From an uncultured Oligoflexus sp. (GTDB lineage Bacteria; Bdellovibrionota_B; Oligoflexia; Oligoflexales; Oligoflexaceae): a stretch of DNA of 25,440 nucleotides. The notes under the pieces are model-generated. The model was not told the DNA's origin and searched no databases. It worked only from the letters and a program-made list of their open reading frames with translations. Made by a program: the position numbers and the translations under genes. Shown here in pieces: positions 18,386-25,440 of this stretch (position 1 is the first letter of the stretch; the number at the start of each line of letters is the position of its first letter). The DNA lies in the NCBI GenBank assembly GCA_964236955.1, contig CAXSGP010000067.1, positions 1 to 25,440 on the forward strand. Direction: 5' to 3'.

Positions 18386-20029
18386 ATGAAAATTCGGGTT
18401 TATCAGCTGCTTCTCCCTCTATTGATAGTGTGTCACAGCAGAACCTATGCTCAAGTCCATTCAACTGTCGGTCACGGTTCCCTGCCTATATCGACAACTC
18501 ATGCTCACGCTCCCCGCTCGCTATTTTCAGAAGACACGGCAGGAATCCCTGCCGTTGTGCCGACATCAGAAGTCGTATTGAACAATGGTGAGAGCTTTGT
18601 TCTCGATGCCGCTCCAGCGAAACAAAATATCGGTGGTCAGTGGATTCGTCGGCTAGCCTACAATGGGTCGGTTCCTGGCCCTATATTTCGGGTTAAGCAG
18701 GGAAGTACAGTGTCCCTTTCCCTAAAAAATGCTACCGAACTTGAAACGACCCTGCACCCCCACGGTTTGCGGCTTGATTCTCGTTTTGACGGTGTTCCTG
18801 GCTTAGGTCAGAGCCCTATCGCTCCGGGCAAATCCTTTGATTATGTCCTTACATTCCCTGACGCCGGTGTCTTTTGGTACCATCCTCACATCCGCGAAGA
18901 TTACACCCAGGATGCTGGCTTATACGGCCTCTTCATTGTGGAGCCTTCGGATTCAAAAATATACAATACCGTCCACCGGGAAATTCCTCTGATTTTAGAC
19001 GATATCTTAGTCGATCCTAAGCAAGCTTTCCAAAAGGATGTTGTGACTCACACTCTTATGGGGCGCTTCGGAAACGTCAACCTGGTGAATGGCACAGTTC
19101 AACCGAACTTTAACGTTTCGGTCGGTGAAGTCGTTCGTTTCTTTGTGCTGAACAGTTCCAACACCCGAGTGTTTGCGTTCTCGATTGCTGGTGTCCCGCT
19201 GAAGGTTGTAGGAGGCGATAACGGTCTTCTTGAAAAAGAGGAATGGCGCTCCCAGGTTATTCTAGGACCCGGTGAAAGAACGATTGTAGAAGCCAGCTTT
19301 ACCAAAGCCGGCATCAAGTTCATTACCAACGCCAAACCAAAGAATCCGGCGCAACTCGCAAAAATTACTGTGACTGCCGGACCGGTCGCGTCGCTTCCTG
19401 TCCCATTCAATGGGCTTCGTCAGAATACCAGCGCGGCGACCGAAATCGCCAAGATTCGCAAGCTGTTTTCCAATCCCATCGATAAAAGGCTGAAGCTCAC
19501 GCTCTCTATGGATAAGGGCAGCATGGATAGGCCTGGCATGGATAGGCCGGGCATGAATATGGGAAGTGGGGCCATGGACGGTATGAATATGCCGGGCATG
19601 AATATGGGGAGCAGTGTCGATCCCACGGCCGGCATCGAATGGGATGACGATATGGCTGAAATAAATTCAGCCAGCACGGATAAGTCGGTAACCTGGAAAC
19701 TCGTGGACGAAGCGACTGGCAAAGAAAATATGGATGTTAAATGGTCGTTCAAAAAGGGCAGTTACGTCAAAATCCGGCTTTTCAACGATCCTAAGTCCAT
19801 GCACCCGATGCAGCACCCGATTCATTTCCATGGCCAACGATTTCTCGTCTCATCCATCAACGGTAAGGTTCCGCCAAACCTTGGATGGAAGGACACCGTA
19901 TTAATCCCTTCCGGTTCAACCTATGAGATAGTGCTTGAAGCTGCCAATCCCGGCTCATGGATGGCTCATTGTCATATTTCCGAGCATTTGGAAGCTGGCA
20001 TGATGCTGAGTTTCGACGTTGCTGAATAG
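18386..20029 (+). CDS. Multicopper oxidase (CueO/CopA-like laccase family) with Met-rich insert
   Basis: All four copper motifs present: HPHG, WYHPH, HPIHFHG, HCHISEHLEAGMM. N-terminal signal peptide and ACAGGA SD. Confidence 0.95.
   Translation: MKIRVYQLLLPLLIVCHSRTYAQVHSTVGHGSLPISTTHAHAPRSLFSEDTAGIPAVVPTSEVVLNNGESFVLDAAPAKQNIGGQWIRRLAYNGSVPGPIFRVKQGSTVSLSLKNATELETTLHPHGLRLDSRFDGVPGLGQSPIAPGKSFDYVLTFPDAGVFWYHPHIREDYTQDAGLYGLFIVEPSDSKIYNTVHREIPLILDDILVDPKQAFQKDVVTHTLMGRFGNVNLVNGTVQPNFNVSVGEVVRFFVLNSSNTRVFAFSIAGVPLKVVGGDNGLLEKEEWRSQVILGPGERTIVEASFTKAGIKFITNAKPKNPAQLAKITVTAGPVASLPVPFNGLRQNTSAATEIAKIRKLFSNPIDKRLKLTLSMDKGSMDRPGMDRPGMNMGSGAMDGMNMPGMNMGSSVDPTAGIEWDDDMAEINSASTDKSVTWKLVDEATGKENMDVKWSFKKGSYVKIRLFNDPKSMHPMQHPIHFHGQRFLVSSINGKVPPNLGWKDTVLIPSGSTYEIVLEAANPGSWMAHCHISEHLEAGMMLSFDVAE
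19508..19612 (+). repeat. Degenerate 15-bp coding tandem repeat encoding the Met-rich loop
   Basis: ATGGATAAGGGCAGC / ATGGATAGGCCTGGC / ATGGATAGGCCGGGC / ATGAATATGGGAAGT ... ATGAATATGCCGGGC / ATGAATATGGGGAGC, encoding MDKGS MDRPG MDRPG MNMGS ... MNMPG MNMGS. Confidence 0.85.
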
Positions 20030-20046
20030 GCAAATTATGTTCCGCT

Positions 20047-20073
20047 GAGAGGCTCCGGCTTGAGCCCCTTTTT
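20047..20073 (+). terminator. Weak hairpin plus T-tract between the oxidase and the ECF sigma
   Basis: GGCTC-CGGCTT-GAGCC followed by CCTTTTT. Overlaps the SD (GAGAGG) and the TTG start of the sigma gene. Confidence 0.4.
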
Positions 20074-20632
20074 CCATGAGAAATATTCAGTGGCTAAATT
20101 TGGAGATAGCTCTCTCGAAGATCTTTTGCAGGCCTATGGCGAGGGTGATGATGAAGCATTTAATGCTTTCTTTGATCGAATAAAGGATCTCGTCTATAAT
20201 GTTCTGCTGAAAAAGATTAAAAACAGCGAAGCTGCTGAGGATATTTTCCAGGAAACGATTCTTCGCATTCATAAATATGCGACCTCTTATAAGCCGCAGT
20301 CCGGCTCTGCCTACGGATGGGTGCTGATGATTGCGAAGAATTGCCTTGTGGACTATTATCAGTCTGAGAAATCATATGGGCATGACCGTCTGGATCCGGA
20401 AGTCCGAGATATGGCCAACTCCAGTGTATGGGAGGAAAAGGTCTTTTATAATGACCTTTTGCGTTCGCTGAGTCGAGACTTGAATCAGGATGAAATCGAT
20501 CTACTTGTAGATAAATTCGTCGTAGAACTTTCTTATGACGAGATTGCCGCAAAGCGAAACTCGGAAAGTCAAAACGTCAGACAGCGCGTTTCGCGTCTGC
20601 TCAAAAAAATCAGGAACATTCTGGTTTCCTGA
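20060..20632 (+). CDS. ECF (sigma70 group 4) RNA polymerase sigma factor
   Basis: Region 2: GDDEAF...AEDIFQETILRI...WVLMIAKN..VDY. Region 4: LSYDEIA...NVRQRVSR. Start is TTG 20060 (GAGAGG SD) or GTG 20090. Confidence 0.92.
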   Translation: MSPFFHEKYSVAKFGDSSLEDLLQAYGEGDDEAFNAFFDRIKDLVYNVLLKKIKNSEAAEDIFQETILRIHKYATSYKPQSGSAYGWVLMIAKNCLVDYYQSEKSYGHDRLDPEVRDMANSSVWEEKVFYNDLLRSLSRDLNQDEIDLLVDKFVVELSYDEIAAKRNSESQNVRQRVSRLLKKIRNILVS

Positions 20633-20877
20633 TGCAGGTGATCTTCAATTTATCGACAGTCTTCTTCCCTAAACCTTACTTTAGAATATTCCCTCAATTA
20701 AATCGGATCATCGTTAAAGCTCTGCTGCGATAGGATTCATTAAACGATCCCTGATTTTTAATCGGGATTACCGCTTTCAAGCTGCCTAGCAATCTTCTTA
20801 AATAAGAACAGGTAAATCCGAAGGGTCCGAGAACCATGACCTTCAACTTGAAAAAATTTGAACTTGATGGAGTTTTT

Positions 20878-21255
20878 ATGAGAAACTTAACCTTTTGGAC
20901 CAGTTTATTGCTTAGCTCAGTGGCTTTAAGTGGCACACCAAATGCGGCGAATCCATCCCCTGGCCAGCGGCAGACGCCGACCGCCGAAAAAAGTATGCAC
21001 CAGGCGATGACAGCAATGTGCGAGAAGATGGACTCAATGCCCATGGCAGGAAATCCTGAAAAAGACTTTCTTATGATGATGATCCCTCATCATCAAAGTG
21101 CACTTGAGATGTCGCAAGCCTATCTGAAGGATGGTACGAATCCGAAGATCGTGGCCTTGGCTACGAAAATCATCGAGGCTCAGAAGAAGGAAATCGCGGA
21201 AATGAACGCGATCTTAAAAGACTTGGGAGCTTTGACTAGGCCGGCTTCAAACTAA
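20878..21255 (+). CDS. DUF305 (CopM-like) exported Met/His-rich copper-binding protein
   Basis: DFLMMMIPHHQSALEMS...IIEAQKKEIAEM signature and signal peptide. GGAG SD precedes ATG 20878 (the ORF track starts at 20836). Confidence 0.9.
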   Translation: MRNLTFWTSLLLSSVALSGTPNAANPSPGQRQTPTAEKSMHQAMTAMCEKMDSMPMAGNPEKDFLMMMIPHHQSALEMSQAYLKDGTNPKIVALATKIIEAQKKEIAEMNAILKDLGALTRPASN

Positions 21256-21400
21256 ACTAGAGTCTCTGAATCTAGTATGGCAGCTGTTTGAAGACATGCT
21301 TGACTGAGTTAGCTTGGTTGAATGGGTCTTCACCGTAACGTCGATGGCCCCATCTCATAAGCTTCTGCATAACCGCTCTAACTGATCTGGAGGAAAGCAA

Positions 21401-23746
21401 ATGCCCAACGTTCCGACTCTGGCTGTCAAACGGGCCGATTTATCAAGCGGTATTAAGAATGATATCGATCCCGTGTGCGGGATGAGGGTCGCCTCAGATC
21501 ATGCAAAAGGCACAAGTGACTATCAATCGAAAACATATTACTTCTGTAGTCCCAAATGCAAAACGAAGTTTGACCTTAGCCCAGTTGATTTTTTGTCCCC
21601 AAAAATACCTGTCACGGGAGCGCCAAAGTCAGCTGTTGAATACACCTGCCCCATGCACCCCCAGGTTAGCCAAATAGGCCCGGGAAGCTGTCCCATCTGT
21701 GGCATGGCTCTGGAGCCCGTAATGGTCTCACTGGATAGCGAGGAGGACGATTCAGAGTATAGGAGTATGCGCCTTCGGTTTTGGGTCTGTAGCGGTCTTA
21801 CTGTCCCTCTCTTGTTTCTGACTATGGGCGGACGGCATCTCATATCTTTTGCAGAATTTTCGGTCGCCATGCCTTGGGTGGAATTAGCAATTTCAACGCC
21901 GGTAGTACTGTGGGGCGGATGGCCCTTCCACGTTCGATTCTGGCAATCGATCAAAAACCGCAGTCCAAATATGTTCACCCTTATTGGGCTCGGAGTTGGA
22001 GTCGCCTACCTCTACAGCCTGGTCGGTGCTATTTTCCCGGAAATTTTTCCGAGTTCCTTTCTTGATCCAATGACCGGCGGGGTAGGCTTATACTTCGAGG
22101 CGGCAAGCGCGATCGTTACACTGGTTTTACTTGGTCAAGTGCTGGAACTCAAAGCTCGTGGACAAACAAGTCTAGCAATAAAGGCTTTGCTTGGACTGGC
22201 TGCAAAATCAGCTCGAAGAATCGAAGCGGACGGCAGTGAGCAGGATGTACCGCTCGAGCAAGTTCAGGTTAAAGATAAGCTTCGCGTGAGACCGGGCGAG
22301 AAAATCCCGGTCGATGGTATCGTCCTTTCAGGAGAATCCGCGGTCGACGAATCTATGGTCAGCGGGGAAGCTATACCAGTTATTAAGGCGGCCAGCTCCA
22401 AGGTCGTCGGAGCGACCATTAACGGTACGGGTTCCCTGGTCATTGAAGCTGAAAAAGTTGGGAAGGATACCTTATTATCGCGGATCGTGCAAATGGTTGC
22501 AGACGCTCAAAGGTCCAAAGCTCCTATACAAAAGCTTGTGGATAAGGTTGCTGCCTATTTTGTGCCAAGTGTCATCCTCATCGCCATCATCACTGCGATC
22601 GCCTGGGCCCTCGTGGGTCCGCAGCCAAAGCTTGCCCATGCCTTGCTCAGTGCGGTCACCGTCTTAATCATTGCCTGCCCCTGTGCCCTCGGCTTAGCAA
22701 CTCCGATGTCCATCATGATAGCAACCGGACGCGGTGCCGCCTCAGGGGTCCTTTTTAAAAGCGCGGAAGCGATAGAGCTCATGCGGAAGGTGAATACTCT
22801 CATAATCGATAAAACGGGAACCTTAACCCTAGGCAATCCGGTCCTGGTTACGGTGAAGGCGCTTGGTTCCTATTCAGACCAGGATCTTCTGATCTTTTCT
22901 GCAAGTCTGGAGCAGATTAGCGAGCACCCCCTGGCCTCTGCCATTGTAAAGGGAGCAAAGGAAAAGAATCTAGAACTGAAAGAAGCCAGGGAATTCAGAT
23001 CGGTCACGGGTAAGGGCGCCTATGCATTAATCGATAATAAAAGAATTGCGATTGGCAACAAGGCCTTGTTAGACGAGCTTCATATTCCGATGAACAATGC
23101 TGAGAGGGAGGCGGATTTCCTTCGCAGCCAAGGTCAGACCGTAATGTATGTCGGGGTCGGCGAAGAAATTGCCGGTCTTTTGGGGGTCATGGATCCAATC
23201 AAGGAAACCACGTTTGAGGCCATAAAGAACCTGCAGGCGCAGGGAATTGAAATTGTCATGGTTACGGGAGACAATCAAAAGACGGCAGTAGTCGTTGCGA
23301 AAATGGTTGGACTCGCAAATTTTCGCGCCGACGTATTACCGCAAGGAAAAGCTGAGATTGTAAAAGAATACCAACAAAAAGGCCGAATCGTTGGGATGGC
23401 GGGCGACGGCATCAATGATGCTCCGGCTTTAGCTCAGGCCCATATAGGAATAGCAATGGGTACAGGTACCGACGTCGCCATTCACAGCGCGGGAATCACC
23501 TTGGTTAAAGGCGATTTGACCGGAATCCTGAGGGCTAGGTTCCTCAGCGAGGCGACGCTGAAAAATATCAAACAAAATCTTTGGTTTGCGTTCGGCTACA
23601 ACGCCCTTGGTATTCCAATTGCTGCGGGCATTCTCTATCCTGCTTTCGGCGTCCTTCTGAGTCCTATGATTGCCGCTGCGGCGATGAGTTTGAGTTCGGT
23701 TTCTGTTATCGGGAATGCGTTAAGACTAAAAAGCTCGAAGCTTTAA
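21401..23746 (+). CDS. copA: Cu(I)/Ag(I)-translocating P1B-type ATPase with N-terminal YHS and YTCPMHP metal-binding domains
   Basis: [14 protein letters not shown] (YHS), [18 protein letters not shown] actuator, [25 protein letters not shown] and MSLSS P1B-1 ligands. GGAGG SD. Confidence 0.95.
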   Translation: MPNVPTLAVKRADLSSGIKNDIDPVCGMRVASDHAKGTSDYQSKTYYFCSPKCKTKFDLSPVDFLSPKIPVTGAPKSAVEYTCPMHPQVSQIGPGSCPICGMALEPVMVSLDSEEDDSEYRSMRLRFWVCSGLTVPLLFLTMGGRHLISFAEFSVAMPWVELAISTPVVLWGGWPFHVRFWQSIKNRSPNMFTLIGLGVGVAYLYSLVGAIFPEIFPSSFLDPMTGGVGLYFEAASAIVTLVLLGQVLELKARGQTSLAIKALLGLAAKSARRIEADGSEQDVPLEQVQVKDKLRVRPGEKIPVDGIVLSGESAVDESMVSGEAIPVIKAASSKVVGATINGTGSLVIEAEKVGKDTLLSRIVQMVADAQRSKAPIQKLVDKVAAYFVPSVILIAIITAIAWALVGPQPKLAHALLSAVTVLIIACPCALGLATPMSIMIATGRGAASGVLFKSAEAIELMRKVNTLIIDKTGTLTLGNPVLVTVKALGSYSDQDLLIFSASLEQISEHPLASAIVKGAKEKNLELKEAREFRSVTGKGAYALIDNKRIAIGNKALLDELHIPMNNAEREADFLRSQGQTVMYVGVGEEIAGLLGVMDPIKETTFEAIKNLQAQGIEIVMVTGDNQKTAVVVAKMVGLANFRADVLPQGKAEIVKEYQQKGRIVGMAGDGINDAPALAQAHIGIAMGTGTDVAIHSAGITLVKGDLTGILRARFLSEATLKNIKQNLWFAFGYNALGIPIAAGILYPAFGVLLSPMIAAAAMSLSSVSVIGNALRLKSSKL

Positions 23747-23762
23747 TTCTTGCGTTGCCCAT

Positions 23763-24311
23763 GGCATGCGTGGCTTTCTCGATACCCATATCGTCGGGCA
23801 GTATTTTCGTGACTTTCGTTTGATGCGTATTTTTGAAGGTCCAACTGAGTTGATGCTTGTATATATGGGCTCTCTCCTGGCGAAAAACGATGCGAGTTTC
23901 ATCGGGCTTCTCAAATCAGAACAGGCGGATCCAGCGCTCATCAAAAGACTTCAAAATGCGATTGAGAGAATGCGTAATTCAACGAGCGTAGACACAGCTA
24001 CTGCTGGCAGGGAGAGTTAAAGCGAAGGATCAGATGTTGCTTTGGCGGCCTGCTGGAGTTTGTTGATAGCGTTCATGAGCAACAAGGCCAAGAAGAGCCA
24101 TCATCAACTTGATCACCATGCCACTCAATGGTGCGAGCAATACTTGAAACAGGCCATGCTTAATTTAGAACAGAGACGGTCCTTGCCAATGCGGTTGTCT
24201 GCTTCCATGGTGCAGGATGCGATCGAAGTCCTAAAATCCTCCATAGGCGACACGCAACAGGCTTCTCCTAGCGAGGATCGATACGTCGATGCACTTTTAC
24301 GACGAAGTTAA
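23763..24311 (+). pseudogene. C-terminal remnant of an acyl-CoA dehydrogenase-family gene
   Basis: GMRGF...FRDFRLMRIFEGPTE matches the ACAD C-terminal motif (GGxGy...RD.r...I.EGt). ORFs 23766-24020 and 24042-24311 are in one frame, split by TAA at 24018-24020. The N-terminal part is absent. Confidence 0.72.
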
Positions 24312-24521
24312 AGGGATGTGCTTGGAACTCTTCGGACTGTTCCTGAGAAGGCTTTTACATCGGCGAAACTTACGAGAGTGTTTCGCTAAGTTGCAATGGG
24401 GTCCGGTCTGGATCTTTCGACAGATTTTGCCTCACTGCCTTTCACGCTTGCCATGAAATCTCTCAAGTGGTTCTAAGGGAAGGCTGTGTCCATACAATGG
24501 CTTTCCTGGGTCTCTCCATTT

Positions 24522-24551
24522 TTATACCCTGATTGAGAGCCGAATGTGACC
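24522..24551 (-). promoter_or_regulatory. Fourth, orphan copy of the ECF promoter motif
   Basis: Minus strand GGTCACA-ttcggctctcaatcagg(17)-GTATAA, intergenic. Confidence 0.5.
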
Positions 24552-24563
24552 CAAATTCAACGT

Positions 24564-25064
24564 TCAGCGCAGCTCGCCTACCTTTTGTTCGCCAGCAGAC
24601 ACTGGTTTGCTCGGACCCCCATAATTCGAATCCTGCTTAAAGACCTGCACGGCTTCCATCTGACCTTTATCGCTAGGAATAACCATTGAAAAATTATAAG
24701 GACAAGCGCATTTGACCAAAGTTTTTGGATTCATATTGGCAGGATGAATGGTAACGTTCGCTTGTTTCCCTTGGATCAGAAGGGATGCCTTAATTGCTAT
24801 TCCACAGGAAAAAGCCATATTTTTAATATCGACAGTTATTCCCTGAGCGTTCGTGCTTAAAAAAACGCTTGAAGGTTCCCCCGGATCGGAACCCTGCAGA
24901 CAGGTCGATTGGGAGAGCTGAAGATCTTCCCCTGGAAATGAGTCGGAGTCTGTTTCAGAAATAGCACCTTCGTTTTCAATTTTTCCATCTTTTTTAGAGT
25001 TTTTCTCACTGCAGCAGAAGAGCATTAAGAAAATTGGAACAGCCAAAGAGCTTCGTAAATACAA
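24564..25064 (-). CDS. Hypothetical exported protein, possible lipoprotein
   Basis: 166-aa ORF with hydrophobic N-terminus ending LFCC, a charged linker and four further Cys (including CACPY). AGGTG precedes the TTG start. Confidence 0.65.
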   Translation of the reverse strand: MYLRSSLAVPIFLMLFCCSEKNSKKDGKIENEGAISETDSDSFPGEDLQLSQSTCLQGSDPGEPSSVFLSTNAQGITVDIKNMAFSCGIAIKASLLIQGKQANVTIHPANMNPKTLVKCACPYNFSMVIPSDKGQMEAVQVFKQDSNYGGPSKPVSAGEQKVGELR

Positions 25065-25072
25065 ATTTACAC

Positions 25073-25369
25073 CTATATTTCGTCAATTATTATCGTGAAA
25101 TAGGCGGATTTTGCTTGAAACGGGCTTGGGTTTGAACTCCCGTTTGCTAAAATATCGGCATACAAATCTTCTTCAGCCCTATCGGAATCGGATTCTAAAA
25201 ACTTGAAAGGCAATCCAAATATAACTTTTGGAATGGGTTTAGATGCCGATTTCACATCAATAAGTACTGCGTATACTGGATTTTTGCCAGCGATGCAGCT
25301 CAATCGCTCAACGATGAAAATATATCTGTCGCAGCAGTCTCCTGTGCTGCCTTTAATGCAATATTTCAA
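25073..25369 (-). CDS. Hypothetical protein, possibly the 3' part of a disrupted gene
   Basis: 98-aa ORF ending 8 bp before the next gene. TTG start without a clear SD. The frame stays open further upstream until a TAG near the window edge. Confidence 0.35.
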   Translation of the reverse strand: MKYCIKGSTGDCCDRYIFIVERLSCIAGKNPVYAVLIDVKSASKPIPKVIFGLPFKFLESDSDRAEEDLYADILANGSSNPSPFQAKSAYFTIIIDEI

Positions 25370-25440
25370 CGGCAGTGTGAGTGTCCATAGTATTTGCGGG
25401 GACTCTAAAGGTTTCTAGCCATCTAATTTGCGGGTAATTG

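Noticed and set aside
18431..18460. TGTCACA-N17-GTCCAT inside the oxidase 5' end; also TGTGACA at 7604-7610
   Set aside because: Both are within coding sequence and lack the GTAT -10 element at the right spacing.
20633..21400. CueR/CsoR operators before DUF305 or copA, and short hairpins near 20747-20768 and 21256-21276
   Set aside because: No convincing MerR-type long-spacer promoter or CsoR box. The hairpins are short and imperfect.

Overview
Bacterial chromosomal window, roughly 50% GC by eye. The gene content suggests Bdellovibrionota/Oligoflexia, but that is inference only. From left to right: (1) a hypothetical / double-domain KaiC-like ATPase / PAS hybrid histidine kinase signalling operon; (2) an ArsR / tandem-SRPBCC pair; (3) an approximately 18 kb copper/heavy-metal island; (4) a truncated acyl-CoA dehydrogenase remnant and two hypothetical genes. 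The island contains cusCBA-like efflux, two tandem 127-bp palindromic MITE-like elements, a convergent CzcA-family RND operon with no membrane-fusion protein, a Cys/His-rich membrane protein, a multicopper oxidase, an ECF sigma factor, a DUF305 protein and a Cu(I) P1B-ATPase. The most striking signal is a bipartite motif, TGTCACA-N17-GTAT, with exact spacing. It lies upstream of three island transcription units, and a fourth copy precedes no obvious gene. Together with the resident ECF sigma and a candidate metal-sensing anti-sigma, this suggests an ECF-controlled metal-resistance regulon that may be undescribed.
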